Source: Mobula hypostoma (taxonomy: Eukaryota). Taken from it: a stretch of DNA of 64,000 bases. The stretch covers positions 171,432,001 through 171,496,000 of the forward strand of contig NC_086097.1 of assembly GCF_963921235.1 (NCBI RefSeq), written 5' to 3'. Positions 24,977 through 36,154 of the stretch are shown here, one piece after another. Under the pieces are notes generated by a model. The model saw only the letters and a list, made by a program, of their open reading frames with translations, searched no databases and had not been told where the DNA came from. Made by a program: the position numbers and the translations under genes. Position 1 is the stretch's first letter; each line of letters begins with the position of its first letter.

Positions 24977-27896
24977 ATTGTGGCCATCCCTGAAACTTGG
25001 CTAAATGATGGCTGCAATTGGGAGCTGAACGTCCAAGGATATACGATGTATCAGAAAGATAGGTTAGTAGGCAGAGGGGTGTTGTGGCCCTGTGTATAAG
25101 AAATAATATTAAATCATTAGAAAGGGATGACATAGGATCAGAAGGTGTAGAGTCTCTCTGGGTTGAGTTAAGAAATGGCAAGGGTTAAAAGACCCTAATG
25201 GCAGTTGTATCGAGGCCTCCAAACAACAGCCGGGACGTGGATTACAAATTACAACAGAAGATAGAAAAGGCATGTCAGAACGGCAATGTCATGATAATTG
25301 TTGGGGATTTTAACATGAAGGTGGCATGGGAAAACCAGGCCAGTACTGGACCTCAAGAGAGAATTTGTAAAGTGTCTAAGGGATGGCTTTTTAAAACAGC
25401 TTGGTGTTGAGCCCACTGGGGGATCGGCTGTGCTGGACTAGATATTGTTCAATGATCTGGAGGTGATAAGAGAGCTTAAGGTTAAGGAACCCTTAGGAAA
25501 CAGTGATCACAATATGATAGAGTTCACGTTGAAATTTGAGAAGCAGAAACTAAATTCCAAAGTGTCGGTATTTCAGCGGAATAAAGGAAATTTCAATTTC
25601 ATGAAAGGGGAACTGGCCAAAGTTGACTGGAAAAGGACACTAGCAGGAAGGACAGCAGAACAGCAATGGCTGGAGTTTCTGTGAAAAATGAGGAATGTGC
25701 AAAATAGATATATTCCAAATAAGAAGAAATTTTTTAATGGAAGAAGGACACTACCATGGCTGACAAGTGAAGTCAGAACCAAATTAAATGCAAAAGAGAG
25801 GGTATAGAAGGAAGCCAAAGCTAGTGGGAGGATGGAAGCTTGAGGGGCTTTGAAAAACTTGAAGAAAACTAAGAAGGTCATTAGGAAGGAAAAGATGAAT
25901 TATGAAAGGAAATTGGCAATTTATATCAAAAAAGATACTAAAAGCTTTTTTAAGTATATAAGGGGTAAATGAGAGTTGAGGGTAGATATAGGACCAATAG
26001 AAAATTACGCTGGAAACATTGTAATGAAAGACACAGGGATGGCATAGGAACTGAATGGGTATTTTGTATCAGTCTTCACGTTGGAAGACATCAGCAGTAT
26101 ACTAGACATTCAAGAGATCAGGGAAGTGAAGTACAGGGGGGGGGGTGATTGATAAGTTTGTGGCCTAAGGTAGAAGGAGATGTTATTAACTTCGAGCTTT
26201 CTGCATAATCACTCAAAGAGTTGAACTGCATGTGCATGTAATGAGAACTGTATAACTCATCTCCTTCTACCTTAGGCCACAAACTTATCAATCACCCCTC
26301 GTGTGTGCAGTGAAAATTATGAGTGAAAAGGTGCTCAGGAGGCTTAATGGTCTGAGGGTGGATAAATCTCCCGGACCTGGTGGAATGCACTTTTGGGTTT
26401 TGAAGGAAGTAGCTGGAGAGATTGCAGAAGCATTAACGATGATCTTTCAAGAATCGATAAATTTTGGCATTGTACCGGATGACTGGAAAATTGCAAATGT
26501 TACTCCACTTTTTAAGAAGGGTGGGAGGCAGCAGAAAAGAAACTATAGACCTGTGAGCCTGACATCAGTTGTCGGGAAGTTGTTGGAATCGATTGTTAGG
26601 GATGAGAATACAAAGTACCTGGAGGCATATGATAAGATAAGCCAAAGCCAGCATGGTTTTCTGAAAGGAAAATCATGCCTGACTAACCTACTGCAATTTT
26701 TTGAGAAAATTACAAGCAGGGTAGTCATAGGAGATGCAGTGGATGTGGTGTACTTGGATTTTCAGAAGACCTTTGACAAAGTGCCACACATGAAGCTGCT
26801 TAGCAGGATAAGAGCCCATGGGATTACAGGAAAGTTACGAGCATGGGTGGAGCATTGGCTGATCGGCAGAAAACAGAGAGTGGGAATAAAGGGATCCTAT
26901 TCTGGCTGGCTGCCGGTTACCAGTGGAGGTCCACAGGAGTTGGTGTTGGAACCGCTGCTTTTTACAATGTATGTCGATGATTTGGACTATGGGATTGATG
27001 GATTTGTGGCTAATATTTGCTGCTGATACAAAGATAGCTGGAGGAGCAGGTAGTGCTGAGGAAACAGAGAGCCTGCAGAGAGACTTAGATAGTTTAGGGG
27101 AATGGGCAAAGAAATAGCAAATGAAATACAATGTTGGAAAGTGTATGGTCATGCACTTTGGTGGAAGAAATAAACGGGCAGACTGTTATTTAGATGGGGA
27201 GAGAATTCAAAATGCAGAGATGCAAAGTGACTTGGGAGTCTTTGTGCAAGACACCCTGAAGGTTAACCTCTGGGTAGAGTCAGCGGTGAAGAAGGTGAAT
27301 GCAATGTTGGCATTCATTTCTAGAGGTATAGAATATAGGATCAGGGATGTGATGTTGAGGCTCTATAAAGCACTCGTGAGACCACACTTGGAGCATTGTG
27401 TGCAGTTTTGGGCTCCTTATTTTAGAAAGTATGTGCTGATATTGGAGAGGGTTCAGACAAGATTCATGAGAATGATTCCAGGAATGAAAAGGTTACCATA
27501 CGAGGAACGTCTGGCAGTTCTTGGGCTGTGTTCCCTGGAGTTCAGGAGAATGAGTGGGGATCTCATAGAAACATTCCGAACGTTAAAAGACCTGAACAGA
27601 TTAGATATTGCAAAGTTATTTCCCATGGTAGAGGAGTCTAAGACAAGAGATGCTGAGAAATTACTTTAGTCAGAGGGTGGTAAATCTGTGGAATTTGTTG
27701 CCACAAGTGGCTGTGGAGGCCAAGTCATTGGGTGCATTTAAGGCAGAGATAGACAAGTTCTTGATTAGCCAGGACATCAAGGGTATGGGGAGAAGGCAGG
27801 GGAGTGGAATGGCAGAAAGAATTGGATCAGCCCAAGATTGAATGGTGGAGCAGACTTGGTGGGCCAAAATGACCTACTTCTGCTCCTATATCTTAT
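24977..27896 (+). mobile_element. Second CR1 LINE (APE endonuclease plus RT, decayed) nested in the first
   Basis: IVAIPETWL, IIVGDFNM, GNSDHNMIEF (APE); 241-aa RT ORF 26301-27026 (YLDFQKTFDKVPH); 182-aa ORF 27121-27669; own 3' tail CCTATATCTTATGGTC. Confidence 0.9.
26134..26301. mobile_element. Mariner-type MITE inserted in the nested CR1
   Basis: ~36-bp inverted repeats GGGGTGATTGATAAGTTTGTGGCCTAAGGTAGAAGGAGATG / CATCTCCTTCTACCTTAGGCCACAAACTTATCAATCACCCC; TA on the left, TG on the right. Confidence 0.85.
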
Positions 27897-30195
27897 GGTC
27901 GGGGCACATAGGGATATGGGGAGAAGGCAAGATATTGGGGCTGAGAGGAAAATTATATCAGCCATGATGAAATGATGACACAGACTCGATGGGCCAAATG
28001 GCCCAACTGTGCTCCTATATCTTAAGTTGTTATGGTGACTCACGGACTGATGTGAGAGACCAAACAAATTAAGGTATGTTACAGCAACAAGAACAGCCCA
28101 CTGCAATAAGATTAGCTCAAGCCTGAGCTCTGTGGAAAGGTTGTGTAGACTGGGATTTTATTCCCTGGACCGTAGGAGATTGAGGGGTGACCCAATTGAG
28201 ATATACAAGATAATGTGTGATGAAGACAGTCTGCTTCCAAGGGAGGGGGTACTAAAAACAAGAGGGCAAAGGTTTAAGTTGAGAAGTGAGCAATCAGGAG
28301 CCCCTCAGGTTCCTGTTAAATGTCTGCCCTCTCACCTTAAACCTATGTCCTCTAGTTCTTGGTTCCCCAACCCTAGAAGAAAGATTGTGCGCATGAACCT
28401 TAACTGTGCCCCACATGATTTGATATCTTGTTTTTTTTATATACAAGAACTTTTGCCACAAGTTTGCTTTGCTCCTCCAGCAGTGTTATACGCATTGATA
28501 GAGCAGTCATCCGGGCAAAAGAAAAGTCATTGTATTAAAGAACAAATCTTCCTCAAATGCAGGGAACAAAATGTATCCAGATAAACCAACAATGTTGAGG
28601 ATCAAATAGCAAGTGTAAAGCATTTTGTACTGGAGGCTGTACAAATCGCTCAGGGGTGGATTACCACAGGTTAAAACAAAGATAAAAAAGAAGTACTGTT
28701 GGAGTTTATCACTTTTGAAGGAAAATTAGCATTCTAAATTAGCTGAAAAAATTCATCTCTTTGGAATGTGTGCAGATGCTACTGTCATTAGTATTCACCA
28801 CCTTTCTTCCAATTACATTGTAACAATTCGTATTCCCCTGCCATGATTCTGACTGCAGGTTCCGAAACGGTAAGAAACTATTTAAAGAAAAATACGTTTT
28901 TTCCCCCTTTTCTTTAGGGAATGCTACAGAGAAAAAAAAATGTTATTTATATTATTTTGAAGACCCTTAACTGCACTGGCTAGGTTACACCTCGATTATT
29001 ATGTGCAGCACTGATCACATTATCAGAAAGAAGTGGTCGCAATGGAGAGAATGCAGAAGGAGATTCACCAGGATGGACACTCAGTTATCTGGAGACAACA
29101 AATAGTCTTGGCTTGTTTTCCCTGAGGGTACTGGGGGGTGATCTCATGCAGGGATATAAAATTGAGGCATAATTTACCCCGATATTCAGAATCTGTTTCC
29201 CATGGTAGGGTGTAAGTTTGAGAGAGGAAGGAGCTTTAAAGGGATTTGAAGAAATTATAGAAAGGATAGATAGAGCAGACAGAATCTTGTTCTCATGGTA
29301 GGGTATCAAAATAAGAGGGCAGAGGCTTAAGGTGAGAGGAAGGTGTCTTAAAGGAGATTTGATGGAAAGACTACCCTGCCCTGCAGAGAATGCTTGATAT
29401 CTGGAACTCACTTCCAGAAAAGGTGGAGGAATAAATACAAAGGCAATACTTAAGTGATTTTTAGACAGGAACATAATAGGCAAGGCATAGAAGGATACAG
29501 TTTTAATGCAGGCAAATTGGATTAATGCAGAAGTGGAAAACAATCAGCATGGATGTGATGGGATGAGGGGCCTATTTCTATGCTTTTTGAGTCCCTGGCT
29601 GTATAACAGTCACAACTGCAAGGATATTTTTGAAGTTACCATTACACTGAACAGTTCCACAGATGACAATAGTCAGATAATATTGACTAATTACCAAATG
29701 CTGGTGAAGAAAACAGGGAGAGATCCCCAATTACTCTTTGAAATAGTATCAAGATGCCTGCAATGTCTCACTGAGGAAAAAGAGCCTTTGTTGTTTATCC
29801 TTCCTGATAGTGTAGCATGACATTCAGTCAGCCTGTAGTTTTGTCTTCAATTCTCTGCAGCAGAGAGCAACAAGTAATTTCCATGACATGTTGAAATGAC
29901 TACTCTTCTATGCAGCTCCCAATGTGACAGAACTCCCTTTATTTTCTGAATGACTTTACTCCCAAAAGAACTCAAGCAGCTCAACACCGTCCAGGACATA
30001 ATGGCACTGTGTGCACTACCTTAAACAGAAGCATGTGGAGACTTTGGGGGAGTGTGAAGAACAATTTTCCCAGTGTGTTTCCTGGATTCAAGGCTGTGAG
30101 CTAAAAGCAGAGGTTGCACAACAGGTTGTTTTCTCTGGAGTGTCGAAAGTAAAGATTAGAAAGTATGGATTTATAAAATTATGATAGGCATAGAT

Positions 30196-31698
30196 ATGGC
30201 AAACCAAACACAAAAAAGAGAAAATCTGCAAATACTGGAAATCCAAACAGCACACACACAAAATACTGGAAGAACTCAGCAAGCCAGGCAGCATCTACGG
30301 AAAAGAGTACAGTCAATGTTTCAGGCCGAGACCCTTCATCAGGACTTCATGCGGAGATCGTCGACTTTATTAACTTTGCGTCCAACTTCCACCCTGCCCT
30401 CAAATTCACCTGGTCTGTTTCCGACACCTCCCCTTTCTCAATCTCTGTCTCTATCTCTGGAGACAGCTTCCCACCAATTCTCACAGCTACCTCGACTATA
30501 CCTCTTCCTACCTTGTTACTTCTAAAAATACCATCCTCTTCTCTCAATTCCTCCATCTCTGCCGCATCTGTTCTCAGGATGAGGCATTCATTTAAGAACT
30601 GAAGAGATGTCCTCCTTTTTCAAAGAAAGGGGGTCCCCTTCCTCCACCATCAATGCTGCCCTCAACGGCATCTCTTCTATTTCACGCACGTCTGCCCTCA
30701 CCCCATCCCCCTGCCACCCCACCAGGGATAGGGTTCCTCTTGTCCTCACCTATCACCCCACCAGCCTCCCCGCCCTACATGCAATTCTGTGTAACTTCCG
30801 CCATTTCCAGTGGGATTCCACCAAGCACATCTTTCCCTCCCCCCCATTTCTGCTTTACGCAGTGATTGCTCTCTACTCAACTCCTTTGTCCATTCGTCCC
30901 TCCCCACTGATCTCCCTCCTAACACTTATCCTTGCAAGTAGAACAAGTGCTAAACATGCCCCTACATCTCCTCCCTCCAAACAATCCTTCCAGGTGAGGT
31001 GCTACTTCACCAGTGAGTATGTTGAGGTCATCTACTGTATTTAGTGCTCCCTGTCTATCAGCGAGACCCGACACAGATTGGGAGACAGCTTCGATGAGCA
31101 CCTATGCTCTATCCACCAGAAGAAGCAGGATCTCCCAGTGGACACCCATTTTAATTCGGCTTCCCATTTCAATTCCAATATGTGAGTCCCAGACCTCCTT
31201 GACTCTTGCAATGAGGCCACCCTCAGGTTGAAAGAACAGCATCTTGCATTCCGTCTGGGCAGCCTGCACCCTGATGGCATGAACATCGATTTCTCGAACT
31301 TTTGGTAATGCCCCCCGCCCCCATTTCACTATTCACCATTCCTCATTCCTATTTCCCTCTTTTACCTTATTACCTCTGTCTGGTGCTCCTCCCCCTTTTC
31401 TTTCTTCCATGGCCTTCTGTCCTCTCTTATCACATTACCCCTTCTCCAGCTCTTTATCTCTTTCATCAATCGACATCAACTTTTTAGCAGTTTACTTCAT
31501 CACTTCCCCTCCCCCTGCCCACTTCACCTATCACCCTGTGGTTCTTCCTCCCCTCCCCTCAGATTCTTACTCTGAATCTTCATCTTTTCTTCCAGTCCCA
31601 ATGTAGGGTCTCGGCCCGAAACGTCAACCGTAGTCTTCTCCATAGATGCTGCCTGGCCTGCTGAGTCCCTCCAACATTTCATGTGTGTTGCATAAATA
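30196..31698 (+). mobile_element. Penelope-like element: inverted pLTR (~30205-30346) plus 5'-truncated RT/GIY-YIG ORF plus direct pLTR
   Basis: NFHPALKFTWS, PFSQFL, RDRVPLVLTYHP, VIYCI, EQHLAFRLGSLHPDGMNIDF; GCATAGAT at 30188-30195 and 31699-31706. Confidence 0.88.
30311..30346 (-). ncRNA. Minimal type I hammerhead ribozyme motif in a Penelope pLTR (cleavage triplet mutated)
   Basis: AGTC-CTGATGA-AGG GTCTCGG CCT-GAAAC-ATT-GACT: stem I AGTC/GACT, intact core boxes, stem II AGG/CCT; GTC decayed to ATT. Confidence 0.6.
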
Positions 31699-32690
31699 GC
31701 ATAGATCCTTTTTCCCAGGGTAGAAATGTCAAGTACTAGAGGAAATGCAGTCAATGTGAGAGGGAGGGAGTGGTGGAAGCAGATGCAGTAGTGACATTCA
31801 AGATGCTGTCAGAGAGATACATAGATATGCAGGGAACAGAGAGATGAACAGATGCAGAAGAGATTTTGTTTATTTCAATATCATTTTCTGTGCAGACATT
31901 GTGGGCTGAAGAGCCTTTTCCTGTGAATTACTCAATGTTCTATGATGGCATTGGGTTTGATGACTGCGAAGTTTTAAGCTCAAATGAAAACCTAAAGCCT
32001 TACTGGATATATAGTAAACAACTATGAGCCCCCTCACTAAAGGGAGATTATACTGTAACTACCCAACCTTCAAAGACTAGTTTATTTTTCCATTTAATCT
32101 CCACAGTGAATTTAGCTGCCAAAATCCACAATTAGATCTGTGGGTCCCCTTACCCTACCAAGGAGAAGATACTTCCAGCTAATAAACAAGTTTAAAAAAC
32201 AGCTATTTTATTTTCAGTGAAACAAATCCAAACATTCTTAAAACACGTTTAAAGCTCAGAGGATTTTAAAACAAAGCATTTTCATAACACAAAGATTTTT
32301 AAACCTAAAACAATTCCCAAATCATAAAGCACAAAACATGTCTGAATTATGAAGGATTTCTCAAATATAAAGAATTTTCAAAACACACCTACAATTCTTA
32401 TAAACTAAAAAGACAAAGACTAACAAGTCATCTGTCACAGAAACTAAAGCTGGAGGAATAGATTTGCTTTGTGTTTTGCCCATATTTCTTTATGTTCTTG
32501 CTCTCTATAATTATAGCCATTTTCTACCACTGGTGTGACTTCACAAGCATCCGATATTTCCTCAGATTTTTTTTTAACATAAATGCTCTGAAAGCATTTT
32601 CAGAGACAGTTACCAGCTAATCCTGTAAAAAGCTAACTTTTCCAAGTATATAAAACTTACAACTATAAACACATTAGTTATTGATATAGT

Positions 32691-32996
32691 TAGTTAGGCA
32701 TCTGTTAGTCTCATGAGACCATGGATTTGCGCCTTGGAAGGTTTCCAGGGCGCAGGCCTGGGCAAGGTTGTGTGGAAGACGTGCAGTTGCCCATGCTGTG
32801 AGTCTCCCCTCTCCACGCCACCGATGTTGTCCAAGGGAAGGGCATTAGGATCCATACAGGTTGGCACCGATGCCGTCGCAGAGCAATGTGTGGTTAAGTG
32901 CCCTGCTCAAGGACACAACACACTGCCTCAGCCAAGGCTCAAACTAGCAACCTTCAGATCATTAGACAAAGGCCTTAACCACTTGGCCACGCGCCA
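32691..32996 (-). mobile_element. tRNA-derived SINE with RTE-type tail
   Basis: Head TGGCGCGTGGCCAAGTGGTTAAGG (A box) ... AGTTTGAGCC (B box), then GTGTCCTTGAGCAGGGCACTTAACC; imperfect 14-bp TSD at 32677-32690 and 32997-33010. Confidence 0.8.
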
Positions 32997-33594
32997 GCTA
33001 TTGATAGAGTAAATTATATTATTCATCTGTTCTGTAAGTTTCCTTGAACCAAGTAACTTAAGAGATGGCTTGTCTGTTTGAAACAACCCAAATTAAACAA
33101 CCCATTGTCATATACTACTCTTTGAGCAATAATAAAGCAGGTGTAGTGAGGTACCAACTGCTTCTTCACAGACAGTTTCTTCTATCGACAGAGCTTGTTT
33201 GCAAAACTGTTTTATAGGCAGTACTTTTAACTTCAAGCTGATTACTTATTTTTGAAAGCAAGCTTAGCAAACATGATATCTCTTGCACCAGATGGTGAAT
33301 ATCCATCACAATTCTGTTATTCTCCAAGTCAAAAACCACCTGATCTAGAAATATTTTGTGGTTTCCTCATTATTGCTGGTTCTACTTATTTTAGCAACCT
33401 CTTAACATCATGAATATATGAATTTTAGCATCAAACAATACCTATGAAGCTATGGATTAGAATGAGGGGTAGCCCAAGTGTCTCTTTGAAACATAATTGC
33501 TGGTACATTTCTTGTTCAATGAGACAAAGAGTGAGTGGTTAGGAGCAATTGGCTAGAAGTTTCCTACGGTGACACAAATACCTCAGAGTGGTGT

Positions 33595-33810
33595 TGTTGT
33601 TGTTCAGTCGTTTAGTTGAGTTCGACTGTTCATGACCTCATGGACCATAGGGTCCATAAGGTTTTCATGGAAAGATACGGAAGTAGATTGCCAGGCCTTT
33701 CTTCCATGCAGATACTGCTGCTGCTCAGGTTGGGACCCAGCTGGGTTTGAACTCAGGACCATCTAACTTGAAGTCCAGTGCTGATGCCACTACACCACCA
33801 GCTGGCCCAT
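33595..33810 (-). mobile_element. tRNA-derived SINE with BovB/RTE-like 3' tail and (CAA)n end
   Basis: Head GGGCCAGCTGGTGGTGTAGTGG...GAGTTCAAACCC; TSD AGAGTGGTGT at 33585-33594 and 33811-33820. Confidence 0.82.
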
Positions 33811-34545
33811 AGAGTGGTGTAGAAGAGAAAAAGGCCTTTTGGTCCAGCATGTCCATGCTAAACTTTGTGTCCATCTACAGTTATCCCATTTGCCCACATT
33901 AGGACCATTTCCTTAAGTGCTTTGACTATTTACTTGCCTGTCTAAATGTTTATTATATTTAATATCTGCTTCTGCCTCCACCACTTCCTCTGGCAGCAAG
34001 TTCCAGATATCAACTACACTCTTTGTGAAAACATACCCCTCATGTCCTTTTTATAGTTCCTTTCTTTCACCTTAATCATATCTCCTCCTATTTTGATGCG
34101 CTCAGCCTCCTTCACTCCAGGGTAAACAAACCCAGCTTACCCAAGCTTTCCTCGTAACTAAAGACCTATAGTCCTGACCACATCTGGTGAGGCTCTTCTT
34201 CATTCTCTCCAGCACAACATATCTCCTATAATGTGGTGACCAAAAATTACCCAGTACTCAAAATATAGTCTAACCAAGGTTTTGTAAAGTTGCAACATAA
34301 CATCCCAACTTTTGAAATTTTATGTATCTGAAAACTCTAGTCATGATCTAGTTGAATGGCTCAGGTTGCTGAAAGGATAACCGGTTCTTTTTCTTTTATC
34401 CTGTTCCTGTTACAAAGAATGTAATTCCTTTATATTTTAATACCAATTTGAAATATGTTTCTCATCTTGATTGTATATTACCACTCATTATTCAAGCTTA
34501 TTGGGGAAGACCGTCACACTATGAGGTACAAGACTCTAGTATTAC

Positions 34546-34665
34546 CTGTTGTTGGTTCTATCAGGAAGTATGGTTGTCCTTGAAGTATACGGTACACAAT
34601 CCTGGCATGGGCCCCAAATGAGGGGTCGTCAGAATCTGTAGCTGTTACTTGGGTAACTGAAGTTC
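34546..34665 (-). CDS. cdh19: Type II cadherin coding exon 3 (EC2), 120 nt
   Basis: [43 protein letters not shown] acceptor 34666-34667, GTAAT donor at 34545; phase 1-1. Confidence 0.96.
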
Positions 34666-35859
34666 CTGCACACAGTTCAAGGAACACATTCATTAAACAT
34701 TTCTCGCACACTCTTTTCCATTCAAATCCTCTCCTGTTAAAATGAATATACAGCATCAAACACATATGGCAGTAAAAATGTCTTCCATTTATATAGCACC
34801 TTGCTTTATGTGTAAAAAAATCAAGGCCTTTAGAAGAGCTCAGTAGGTTAGGTGAAGGGAGGTTAGGTGAGTTTCTCTTGGCTAAGGAGCCCTGAATCGA
34901 TAGTCTCAGAATAAGTGGTCAGCCATATTGAAGATGAGATGAACTTTTTTTTCCACTCTGAGTGGTGAATATTTGTAATTTTGCACCATGGTAAGCTATT
35001 TTTGAGATTGTTTGAAATATACTGATAGGTTTATGTATATTAAATGAATTAATGGATTTGTAGTTAGCGCAGGACATTTGAGCAAAGCCATAATCTTAAC
35101 AAATGGTGCAATAGGTTCAATGCCTAGAATGGCTCCTACCACTTATGCTGCTGTTAACAAACAGAATTATGATGAAACCCAATGTGGTAAAATTATGTGC
35201 TCTATTATATGTAACAAAAATGCATCATGTAGTGTTGTACAGGTCCTCCTGGGATCTATTTCGTGTAGACACACAGCTAATGATTGGCACAGATTTAGGA
35301 ACTGAAAGGCAAAAGCAGTTTGAGGGGCTGAATGGCCAGTCCTGTGCTTATTTTTTTTATGGAAAGTTCAAAGGAGTTGTGCAGGGCAAGTTTATTGACT
35401 TACACAGAGTGACAGGTGCTTGGAATGCACTACTTGGAATGGTGTTGCAGGCAGATATGATAGGCTATTAGAGACGCACAGGAATGTGCAGGAAATAGAA
35501 GGATATGGGCATGTGTAAGCAGAAGGGATTAGTGTAGGGTGCATTTCATTACTTATTTAATTTGATCAGTACAGTATTGTGGGCTAAAGGACTTGTTCAT
35601 GTATTGTGCCATTCTGTCTTCTATTTTGCAGAAATATAGTGCGAGTATGTACAATCAAACTAATCCGTCCCATTTCCCTCATCTATTAGAGTCATTGTCT
35701 AGTAGAGACAATGGTACAATAAGTAACCACTATTTATATAGAACCTTTAATGTATCTATCATATCTATCAGCCAACTAGTAGCGATTGCTGTACACCCAA
35801 AGCTCAGTTGGAGAGGTGAGGTGATGATCAGAGCTGCACATAATATTCTTGGTGCTTAC

Positions 35860-36154
35860 CGTCAGGTGACATTTCAGGGACGGTGGCAACATAAGGACCA
35901 TCCAGAAACCTGGGTTCATTGTCGTTGATATCCTGGACTTTGATGTTGAATTCAGACTCTGGTTCAACAAGCTCATTGGTTGCCTTATTTATCACTTGTG
36001 CCCGCAATGTGTAGAAGGGTTTTTCCTCTCGGTCCAGCTTCTTCATGAGATAGATGTCTCCTTTATCCTCCACAATAGTGAATATGGTGCCAGCTCCTTC
36101 ACCGCTCAGGGTATATCTCAGAGTACCATTACCATTGTCTGAATCAGAATGTAG
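35860..36154 (-). CDS. cdh19: Type II cadherin coding exon 2 (EC1 to start of EC2), 295 nt
   Basis: [99 protein letters not shown], with LDRE and DINDN calcium motifs. AG acceptor 36155-36156, GTAAG donor at 35859. DNGN and AQVI resemble CDH19 as I recall it. Confidence 0.96.

Larger units (their letters stand above)
23520..28025 (+). mobile_element. CR1 LINE (RT half plus 3' end), host of a nested second CR1
   Basis: RT motifs at 23528-24865 (GVLKEVAEVIVEAL, KSCLTNLLEYFE, WQVEYSVGKCMVLHFG); its 3' UTR resumes at ~27897-28025. Confidence 0.85.

Noticed and set aside
32930..32996. tRNA gene (also ~33740-33808)
   Set aside because: A/B boxes are present but continue into SINE bodies bounded by TSDs; no complete cloverleaf.
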